A DNA stretch of 64,000 bases from the NCBI GenBank assembly GCA_036558545.1, contig DATBFJ010000074.1, positions 24,735 to 88,734 on the forward strand, read 5' to 3'. Shown here one piece after another: positions 9,444-16,446 of this stretch. This stretch comes from Candidatus Limnocylindrales bacterium (GTDB taxonomy: Bacteria; Chloroflexota; Limnocylindria; Limnocylindrales; CSP1-4). The notes beneath the pieces are model-generated. The model did no database searches. It saw only the letters and a program-made list of their open reading frames with translations, and had not been told where the DNA came from. The position numbers and the translations under genes were made by a program. Every line of letters begins with the position of its first letter. Position 1 is the stretch's first letter.

Positions 9444-9715
9444 CGACCCCCGGCCATGGCGGGCAGGATGATCAATGAATCGCGTTCGCGAACCGGGGTC
9501 TCAAGCAACTGCATGTAGCGCACGTCCTGGCCGTTCAGGTAAACGTTGACGAAGCGGTGCAACCCGCCGTCATCAGAAAGCAGTTGGTCGCCCATTTGCG
9601 GGTAGCGTGCAACAAGGTCCTCGACCACCTCGCCGACGGTCGAGCCAGATGCTTCAACTTCCTTCTGCCCGTTGACCTGCGCCCTGAGAACTGGAGGTAT
9701 GCGGACCTGCGTCAC
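9440..9715 (-). CDS. cysO: Sulfur carrier protein CysO (ThiS/MoaD fold), encoded with one extra residue after the Gly-Gly
   Basis: 91 aa. HRFVNVYLNGQDVR and ILPAMAGG are ThiS/MoaD-like. The ORF ends ...AMAGGR, then TGA. Confidence 0.8.
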   Translation of the reverse strand: MTQVRIPPVLRAQVNGQKEVEASGSTVGEVVEDLVARYPQMGDQLLSDDGGLHRFVNVYLNGQDVRYMQLLETPVRERDSLIILPAMAGGR

Positions 9716-10878
9716 GAGAGCGTGGCGTAGGCAGCATCTGCCGCCTCGGCCTGTCGCGCCACTGCCTCAGTGCCGCACGCGGGGCACATCGGGTCGCGGC
9801 GCAGCCTTACCTCGCTGAACGTACCGTCGAGCGCGTCCCAGATCAGCAGCCGGCCAACAAGTGGGTCGCCCAGTTTGAGGATGACCTTGATCGCCTCCGT
9901 TGCCTGGAGAAGGCCCATCACGCCCGGCACCACACCCAGCACTCCCGCGACCGAGCAACCGGGTGCGAGCTCAGGCGGCGGAGGTGTCGGGTACAGGCAG
10001 CGGTAGCAGGGTCCCTCGTAGGGAACGAAGACGGTCAGTTGCCCCTCGAACCGGAATACGGAGGCATGAACAACGGGGATTGCCGCCCGCACGGCTGCGT
10101 CGTTGAGCGTGTAGCGGGTCTCGAATGTGTCCGTGCCGTCGATGACGATGTCGTAGTCCGCGATCAGCCGGTCGACGTTGTCGTCCGTCAGCATCTCGAC
10201 GTGCTGAACGACCTTGACCTCCGGGTTGAGCGCCTTGATCGTCATCGCGGCCGACTCGGTCTTCTTCATTCCGATCCGGTTTTCAGCGTGGACGACCTGG
10301 CGCTGCAGGTTGCTCAGATCGACGACGTCAAAGTCGACGATGCCAATGGTTCCAATGCCTGCGGCGGCAAGATAGAGCAATCCAGGCGAGCCGAGACCGC
10401 CGGCACCGATGAACAGCACCTTCGCCTGCTGAAGCTTGCCCTGACCCTCCGGGCCAACTTCGGGCATGACCATGTGCCGTGCGTAACGAGGGTTCGTGGC
10501 AATTGCAGGAGTCTCACTGGGCAGTTCCCAGGGTCGCCCTTCCTGCTTCCAGCGGCCAATGCCGCCGGCCACCGAATAGATGTCCTGGTAACCCATGTGG
10601 GCGAGCTGCAGCGCGGCGCGCATCGAGCGCGCACCGGCCGCGCAGTAAATGACGACAGGCTGTGACTTGTCCGGTACGAGATCCTCGACGCGTGCTGCAA
10701 CCTCTGCGGGTGGCAGGAGCGTCGCTCCGTTCAGGTGCCCGGCGCGCCACTCATGCGGTTCGCGCGTGTCGAGCAGGGCGGCTCCCGTGTTGATCAGGTC
10801 CTGCGCCTCTGACGGCGAGATTTCGCGGACGCTAGGCATCTTCCGGGGCGCTCCATTCGACGCGATCGCTGGTGGCAT
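9712..10878 (-). CDS. Rhodanese-ThiF/MoeB E1-like sulfurtransferase-adenylyltransferase (MoeZ-like, with rhodanese domain N-terminal)
   Basis: N-terminal rhodanese with active-site Cys loop VIYCAAGARS. It is followed by the ThiF nucleotide-binding motif VLFIGAGGLGSP and a C-terminal zinc motif CYRC...CPAC. Confidence 0.85.
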   Translation of the reverse strand: MPPAIASNGAPRKMPSVREISPSEAQDLINTGAALLDTREPHEWRAGHLNGATLLPPAEVAARVEDLVPDKSQPVVIYCAAGARSMRAALQLAHMGYQDIYSVAGGIGRWKQEGRPWELPSETPAIATNPRYARHMVMPEVGPEGQGKLQQAKVLFIGAGGLGSPGLLYLAAAGIGTIGIVDFDVVDLSNLQRQVVHAENRIGMKKTESAAMTIKALNPEVKVVQHVEMLTDDNVDRLIADYDIVIDGTDTFETRYTLNDAAVRAAIPVVHASVFRFEGQLTVFVPYEGPCYRCLYPTPPPPELAPGCSVAGVLGVVPGVMGLLQATEAIKVILKLGDPLVGRLLIWDALDGTFSEVRLRRDPMCPACGTEAVARQAEAADAAYATLS

Positions 10879-11227
10879 CGCGGAGCGTTTCGAGAGAGAG
10901 CATTGCGCACTTCATCCGTGCCGGGCTGATCTCGATGCCCAGGTTGTCGAGAACCGTTTGGCGCCCAAAATGGGAAATCTCTTCGAGCGACTTGCCCTTG
11001 ATCTCGTCGGTCAGCATGCTCGCCGAGGCCTGGCTGATGGCGCAGCCACGGCCGGTGAAAGCCACGTTCTGAACGGTGCCGTCATCGCCGATGTTGAGCA
11101 TCAGTGTGATGCGGTCGCCGCACAACGGATTAGCGCCCTCTTTCGAAGTAGTCGGCGAGTCGAGGATGCCGAAGTTATGCGGGTTTCGGTAGTGCTCGAG
11201 GATCTCGTCGCGGTAAAGGTCGTCCAT
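10832..11227 (-). CDS. sufU: SUF Fe-S cluster assembly scaffold/sulfur acceptor SufU (NifU-like N-terminal domain)
   Basis: LEHYRNPHNFG, NPLCGDRITL, FTGRGCAIS and ARMKCAMLS give the conserved Cys triad of SufU/IscU. Confidence 0.85.
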   Translation of the reverse strand: MDDLYRDEILEHYRNPHNFGILDSPTTSKEGANPLCGDRITLMLNIGDDGTVQNVAFTGRGCAISQASASMLTDEIKGKSLEEISHFGRQTVLDNLGIEISPARMKCAMLSLETLRDATSDRVEWSAPEDA

Positions 11228-12474
11228 CAGTTCCTTGAAAAGAGTCGTTCGACCTTGTTGAGCGCGTCAGCGAGCCGGTCGATGTCGTCACGATCTGTGT
11301 AGATGTAGAAGCTCGCCCGGGCGCTGGCCTCCTCGCCGAGCCGCTGGTGGAGCGGCATCGTGCAGTGGTGGCCGGCACGGATGGCGATTGCCTCGCGGTC
11401 GAGAAGGGTAGCGACATCGTGCGGATGTGCATCGGCGAGGTTGAAGGTGATGATCCCGGCGCGGTCCGCTGACGTGTGCGAGCCGTGGATGCGGATCGTG
11501 GGGACGCGCTCGGGCAGCACCGCCAGCGCGTAATCGACGAGCTCCTTCTCGTGCGCGCGAACGTGCTCCATGCCCAGATCGGTCAGGTAATCGAGGGCGG
11601 CGCCAAGGCCGATAGCCGCCGATATATCTGGCGTCCCGGCCTCGAACTTGTACGGCACCTCGTGCCACGTCGAGTGGCGCAGCTTGACCTCGCGGATCAT
11701 CTCGCCTCCGCCCATGAAGGGCGGCATGTCCTCGAGGATCTCGCGACGAGCCCACAGTGCTCCCGATCCTGGCGGCCCCAGCGTCTTGTGGCCGCTGAAG
11801 ACGAAGAAGTCACAGTCAAGTTCCTGGACGCTGACCGGCTCGTGCGGCACTGCCTGGGCACCGTCGACGAGCACGAGCGCGCCAACCTCGTGGGCCTTGG
11901 CGATCATCTCCCTGGTCGGATTTATCGTGCCCAAGCCGTTTGACACGGCCGTGAACGTGACGAGCTTGGGATTCGTCCGCAGCAGGACCTCGTACGAGTC
12001 CTGGAGCAGCCGGCCTTCCTCGTCGAAAGGCACGAACTCGAGGTCCGCGTCCTTCTCCTGGGCAAGCAGCTGCCACGGGACGAGGTTGGAGTGGTGCTCC
12101 ATCTCCGTGGTCACGATCGTGTCGGCACGCTTGATGTTCTTGCGGCCCCATGAGTAGGCCACCAGGTTGATCGCCTCGGTCGCGTTGCGAACCATGACGA
12201 TTTCACGCGAGTCTTTCGCGCCTATGAAGGCCGCGATCTTGGACCTGGCCGCTTCGTAGGCCGCGGTAGCTTCTTCGCCGATCTGGTAGATGCCGCGATG
12301 GACGTTGGCGCTGTACTCGTTGAGGTACTTGTCCATTGCGCGGGACACGACGCGCGGCTTGAGGCTGGTCGCGCCACTGTCGAGGTACGCGAGACGGCGA
12401 CCGTTGAAGTCGCGGTCGAAGATCTCAAAATCGGCCCTGATGGCGACGGGGTCGAGCGCTCTGACAATGGCCAT
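11227..12474 (-). CDS. sufS: Cysteine desulfurase SufS
   Basis: 415 aa class V aminotransferase. PLP-Lys region FSGHKTLGPPGSG, catalytic Cys loop RAGHHCTMPL, and a SufS-type C-terminus. Confidence 0.9.
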   Translation of the reverse strand: MAIVRALDPVAIRADFEIFDRDFNGRRLAYLDSGATSLKPRVVSRAMDKYLNEYSANVHRGIYQIGEEATAAYEAARSKIAAFIGAKDSREIVMVRNATEAINLVAYSWGRKNIKRADTIVTTEMEHHSNLVPWQLLAQEKDADLEFVPFDEEGRLLQDSYEVLLRTNPKLVTFTAVSNGLGTINPTREMIAKAHEVGALVLVDGAQAVPHEPVSVQELDCDFFVFSGHKTLGPPGSGALWARREILEDMPPFMGGGEMIREVKLRHSTWHEVPYKFEAGTPDISAAIGLGAALDYLTDLGMEHVRAHEKELVDYALAVLPERVPTIRIHGSHTSADRAGIITFNLADAHPHDVATLLDREAIAIRAGHHCTMPLHQRLGEEASARASFYIYTDRDDIDRLADALNKVERLFSRN

Positions 12475-12492
12475 TGCTAGATCAGCTCCATT

Positions 12493-13416
12493 TCAGTGCG
12501 CGGAGGCAGCCTCCGCCGGCTCGGGTGCTTCCGGATCGTCGTCGGCCGCCTCGAGTCCCGCCTCACGGAGGATTGGCGCATAGCCCTCCTCCTCGAGTCG
12601 GAGCGCGAGGTCTCGACCGCCCGTGGCCACGATCAGACCCTGGGCCAGGACATGGACGACGTCAGGCTTGATGTAATTCAGCAGGCGCTGGTAGTGGGTG
12701 ATCAGGAGAACTCCCAGGTCGGGGTTCAACTGGGCGTTGACGCCCTCCGCGACGATGCGCAGCGCGTCTATGTCCAGGCCACTGTCCGTCTCATCGAGGA
12801 TGGCCATCTGCGGCTGGAGCACCGCCATTTGAAGCATCTCGAGGCGCTTCTTCTCGCCGCCAGAGAAGCCTTCGTTTACGTAGCGGGCGGCAAAGGTGTC
12901 GTCGAGTTTGAGCAGCGCCATCTTCTCGCGCAGCAGTCGGCGGTATTCCCCCATCGAGATCCCGCCCTTGGTCGGATCGCTGGGATCCCACTGGGCGTTC
13001 GGATCACCCGGCTGCTGGTCGAGCGGGCGCATTCGTGCGTTCAAAGCGGTGCGCAGGAAGCTCGCGACGCTGAGGCCGGGGATGGCCGTCGGATACTGGA
13101 ATGCGAGGAAGAGTCCCAGGCGACTGCGCTTGTCAGGGCTCAGCTTGAGGACGTTGCGGCCCCTCCAGATGACCTCACCCTGGGTGACTTCGTACGCCGG
13201 GTGGCCCATCAGCGCGTAGGCAAGTGTCGTCTTGCCGCTGCCGTTGCGGCCCATGATCGCGTGGACCTCACCCTGCCGAACGTCGAGGTTGATGCCGCGC
13301 AGGATCTCGTGCTTTCGGTCAGCAATGGGCACGACGTGCAGGTCGCGGATGACGAGGGTTCGGTCGTCGTTTTCCGTGGCGGACGCGGCGCTTGGCTGGG
13401 TCAGTGTGTCGGTCAT
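12493..13416 (-). CDS. sufC: Fe-S cluster assembly ATPase SufC
   Basis: Start moved to MTDTLTQ (ATG 13416, overlapping the Rrf2 stop). GRNGSGKTTL, FLAFQYP, LSGGEKKR and ILDETDSGLDID mark a SufC-type ABC ATPase. The track ORF's 45-codon N-terminal extension was rejected. Confidence 0.85.
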   Translation of the reverse strand: MTDTLTQPSAASATENDDRTLVIRDLHVVPIADRKHEILRGINLDVRQGEVHAIMGRNGSGKTTLAYALMGHPAYEVTQGEVIWRGRNVLKLSPDKRSRLGLFLAFQYPTAIPGLSVASFLRTALNARMRPLDQQPGDPNAQWDPSDPTKGGISMGEYRRLLREKMALLKLDDTFAARYVNEGFSGGEKKRLEMLQMAVLQPQMAILDETDSGLDIDALRIVAEGVNAQLNPDLGVLLITHYQRLLNYIKPDVVHVLAQGLIVATGGRDLALRLEEEGYAPILREAGLEAADDDPEAPEPAEAASAH

Positions 13417-13892
13417 GGCTCCTGGATCGTGGTCAATTGGCTGATCTGGATTGCTGTCGAGTGGAACGGATGACTCGGCCGTGGCGTCGCGAGGTCGGCC
13501 AGGGTGATCGAGTCGAGCGCATCGCTGATCGCGCGCTGGACGGTCATCCACAGGTGATTGACGTTGCAGAACCCGGTGCGCTCGCAGATCGCGGCGTGAG
13601 CAGGGTCTTCGCTGGCGCAGACCATCGGCGCGATAGGACCTTCGAGAGCGCGGAGAACCTCGCCCATCTTTATCTCGGCGGGTTCCCTGGTGAGCTCGTA
13701 ACCGCCGTGAGCACCCCTGGTTGAGTGCACCAGGCCGGCTTCGCGAAGGCTGACGACGAGTTGCTCGAGGTACGGCCGCGGCAGGTTCTCGTGATCGGCC
13801 ATCTCAGCAAGGCTGATTGGCCCGGCGCCGTGGTGCCGTGCGAGCTCGACCATCATCCGAACGCCGTACTCGCCTCGCGTCGAGAAGTGCAC
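13413..13892 (-). CDS. Rrf2 family transcriptional regulator (IscR/CymR-like)
   Basis: GTG start giving (M)HFSTRGEYGVRMMVELARHHGAGPISLAEMADHENLPRPYLEQLVVSLREAGLVHSTRGAHGGYELTR, an Rrf2 wHTH. C-terminal Cys residues (CASEDPAHAAICERTGFC) could ligate an Fe-S cluster. Confidence 0.75.
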   Translation of the reverse strand: MHFSTRGEYGVRMMVELARHHGAGPISLAEMADHENLPRPYLEQLVVSLREAGLVHSTRGAHGGYELTREPAEIKMGEVLRALEGPIAPMVCASEDPAHAAICERTGFCNVNHLWMTVQRAISDALDSITLADLATPRPSHPFHSTAIQISQLTTIQEP

Positions 13893-14192
13893 GGCGCCGG
13901 TGCCCGGGAAGATGCTCCGCGGCCGCGGCTGGCGGCCGGTCGCATTCTGACCGCCCGCGATGGCCGCGGTCGTGGCCAGCTTGGGGTCCAGCCGGGAGGA
14001 ATTCCGAGTTATCACGTCGGGATTGAGTCTAGCCCAGGTGCCCTGGAGTGGCAATCGCGCCGTCTGGAAGCAATGCCGTGGATTAGCGCGCTCGCGGGTC
14101 AAAGGCGCTCCAATGACGCGCCTCGTGCGTAAGCGGCGTGGGCCGATAGGTTGCCGCGGTCGAATTTGCCAAGCTCGTGCCTCCGACCGGGC

Positions 14193-14366
14193 AACTTTGC
14201 ATATCAACTACACACCTCGCGGGTGAATGTTGCCTTCGCGCCGGTACGACGCTCGAGTCGGCCGCCCAGACCAACAACTTTGCAGATCAAGCCGCAAAAC
14301 TGCCTGACTGACCCCCATCCGCGCGTCGGAACGCCCGCCAAAGTCGGAGATGTGTGCACATCAATT
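14193..14366. promoter_or_regulatory. Divergent promoter region with three copies of a T(T/G)TGCA-N-ATCAA direct repeat
   Basis: Three related copies: aactttgcatatcaact (14193-14209), aactttgcagatcaagc (14276-14292) and tgtgcacatcaattgca (14353-14369). They sit in the ~520-bp gap between the Rrf2 operon (minus) and the nitroreductase gene (plus). Confidence 0.35.
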
Positions 14367-14415
14367 GCAATGTCTGCGGGTTGAAGGTCCGCGACTCCGC
14401 GCTAGGCTCACCCGC

Positions 14416-15009
14416 ATGGAATTCGCCGATGTCGTCCGCCGACGACGAATGGTTCGCAACTACGATCCGGACCGGCCGGTTTCGCATGACCAACTTGAGC
14501 GCATCGCCGCGGCAGCCCAGCGGGCGCCCAGCGCCGGCTTCAGCCAGGGCCAGCGCCTGGTCATCGTCACGGACGCCGAGCGGCGCGCTCGACTCGCGCA
14601 GATCTGTGACGAGAAGGACTATGTCGCCGCGGGTTTCGACCCCTGGGTCAGCCGCGCGCCTGCGATCTTCATACCGACCGTCAGCGAGGAGATCTACCAC
14701 CGCCGCTACCAGGAGCCTGACAAGCTGCAGGACGACGGCACGGAGATCAACTGGCCGATCCCCTACTGGTGGACCGACATCGGCGCGACCGCACTGCTCA
14801 TCCATCAGGCGGCGATCGACGAAGGACTCGCCGCCGGGTTCCTTGGTCTCGCCGACTACACGGACCTGAAGGACTACCTGGGCGTTCCGCCCGATCAGCA
14901 GCCAATCGGCCTGGTCACGGTCGGCTACCCCGCACCGGATCGACGCTCCGGCTCACTCAAACGGGGCTGGCTGCCCATCGAAGAGTTCGCGCACTGGGAG
15001 CAGTGGTAG
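14416..15009 (+). CDS. Nitroreductase family protein
   Basis: Start moved to MEFADVVRRRRMVRNY. RAPSAGFSQGQRLVIV and the GFLGLAD region are typical of the NADH/flavin nitroreductase fold. Confidence 0.7.
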   Translation: MEFADVVRRRRMVRNYDPDRPVSHDQLERIAAAAQRAPSAGFSQGQRLVIVTDAERRARLAQICDEKDYVAAGFDPWVSRAPAIFIPTVSEEIYHRRYQEPDKLQDDGTEINWPIPYWWTDIGATALLIHQAAIDEGLAAGFLGLADYTDLKDYLGVPPDQQPIGLVTVGYPAPDRRSGSLKRGWLPIEEFAHWEQW

Positions 15010-15014
15010 CAGGG

Positions 15015-15434
15015 CTAGCGGATGCCCGTGTCGTAGTTGATCTGGACCGTCACGTACTGGCCCGGTACAACCGTGACTGAGACCGGCTGGGCGATCGGAT
15101 AGGAATCGGTCGTGGCCGGAGTGACGACGTAGTCGCCTGGCGCGACATCGACCTGGAACGTGCCGTCACCGGCGGACGCAATGTGCGCCACGACCTTGTT
15201 CTCGTCGTCGAGCACGACCATCTGCGCCGCATAAGGCGTCAGGCACGCCTCTGGCACCGGGTCGAACGATTCGGTGCCGCCGCTGACCGGACAGGTTGGA
15301 CCAAGAATCACAGTCCCCTTGATCCCCGACGGAGGCGTCGGCGTATCACCCGAAAGCCCGATCGACCCGCACGCTACTGCGAAGCAGGCGATCAGGGCAG
15401 CGAAAAGCACCATCGCGGAGAGTCGGTACCGCAT
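15015..15434 (-). CDS. Lipoprotein, hypothetical (beta-rich, carboxypeptidase-regulatory-like)
   Basis: Signal peptide plus lipobox LIACFAVACGS. GTVILGPTCPVSGG...VVLDDENKVVAHIASAGDGTFQVDVAPGDYVV resembles a CarboxypepD_reg-like beta-sandwich. Confidence 0.5.
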   Translation of the reverse strand: MRYRLSAMVLFAALIACFAVACGSIGLSGDTPTPPSGIKGTVILGPTCPVSGGTESFDPVPEACLTPYAAQMVVLDDENKVVAHIASAGDGTFQVDVAPGDYVVTPATTDSYPIAQPVSVTVVPGQYVTVQINYDTGIR

Positions 15435-15453
15435 GTCGCGGCGAATTGTGCGC

Positions 15454-16017
15454 CTAGCCGCGGAGTTTGGTCGGCGCGACGTGCTCGGCCTGCTCGGCGG
15501 CGCGGGCGAGAACCCAGATCAGGTCGGCGACACGATTGATGTAAGCCTGCAACACCGGGGCAACCGGCTCGACAACCGCGAGGGCGACAATCCGACGCTC
15601 CGCTCGGCGGATGACTGAGCGAGCGACCTCCAGGGCCGCGGACGCCCGAGTCTCACCGGGGATTACGAACTCGCGCGGCATGGTGACAGCCGACTCCCAC
15701 CTGGCAAGCTCAGCCTCTACCGCATCAAGCATCGATTCGGAGACGCGCGAAACGCCGTCCGTCAACCGGTCAGCATGAATCGCGCCCGTTGCGAGCTCGG
15801 CACCGACGACGAAGAGCTCGCGTTGCAGGCGCAGAACCAGGTTCGAAAGGTCTGTCAGCCCGTGGTCGGTGAGCTCAATTCGGGCCGTTCCGAGGGCGGC
15901 GACCGCCTCGTCGACCGCGCCGTAAGCCTCCGTTCGGGGATCGGCTTTGGAAACTCGGCCGCCGTAGAGCAGCCCGGTCGTTCCGTCGTCGCCCTTACCG
16001 GTGGCAACCGCGCTCTT
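15454..16017 (-). CDS. PduO-type ATP:cob(I)alamin adenosyltransferase. The N-terminal 80 codons lack any in-frame ATG/GTG/TTG
   Basis: In-frame translation upstream of the track's TTG start gives KSAVATGKGDDGTTGLLYGGRVSKADPRTEAYGAVDEAVAALGTARIEL..., which carries the TGDDGTT and RxEAYG motifs. The C-terminal half EFVIPGETRASAALEVARSVIRRAER matches the family. The 5' boundary is approximate. Confidence 0.6.
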   Translation of the reverse strand, partial: KSAVATGKGDDGTTGLLYGGRVSKADPRTEAYGAVDEAVAALGTARIELTDHGLTDLSNLVLRLQRELFVVGAELATGAIHADRLTDGVSRVSESMLDAVEAELARWESAVTMPREFVIPGETRASAALEVARSVIRRAERRIVALAVVEPVAPVLQAYINRVADLIWVLARAAEQAEHVAPTKLRG

Positions 16018-16055
16018 GGCGAGCGCGGGCCGACGACTTGGTGAGATGGCTCTTG

Positions 16056-16400
16056 CTACCAGACGAGGCCGGCGTCGCGCGGATCCCAGCGCTCGGCCAG
16101 CAGGGTGATCTTGACGTCGTTTTCGACCACCGACTCGACCTGTTCCTTGACCTGCTGGATCATTGCGCCGGCGTACGGACAGAACGGCGTCGTCAGGATC
16201 ATCTTGACTTCCGTTTGCTCGGGCGACTGGATGATCTGCTTGATCAGGGCCAGCTCGACGACGTTCATGCCGATTTCGGGATCGACCACGGCGCGCAGCG
16301 CGTCGAGGATTGCGAGCTCCATCGCACGTGCCTGGGGGTCGAAAGCCGGGGCCGCAGCGGCCGCGACGGCCGTTGGATCGGCGGAAATCTGATCTGTCAT
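16056..16400 (-). CDS. sufT: SufT-like Fe-S assembly protein (DUF59/MIP18 family)
   Basis: Start at MTDQIS (ATG 16400). DPEIGMNVVELALIKQII, VKMILTTPFCPYAGAMI and the conserved Cys define DUF59. Confidence 0.75.
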   Translation of the reverse strand: MTDQISADPTAVAAAAAPAFDPQARAMELAILDALRAVVDPEIGMNVVELALIKQIIQSPEQTEVKMILTTPFCPYAGAMIQQVKEQVESVVENDVKITLLAERWDPRDAGLVW

Positions 16401-16446
16401 GTCGGATATAGATCGTACCACCGGGGGCACGTCGCAGCCTTCCGCG

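Noticed and set aside
10832-10878. 47-nt overlap between the rhodanese-ThiF gene start and the sufU 3' end
   Set aside because: This is not evidence of a problem. An internal Met (MPSVREISP…, ~10839) reduces the overlap to 8 nt, so I treated it as normal operon packing.
13417-13551. 45-codon N-terminal extension of the SufC ORF
   Set aside because: The extension is not SufC-like and overlaps the Rrf2 gene's 3' end. An ATG at 13416 gives a canonical SufC N-terminus with an ATGA overlap.
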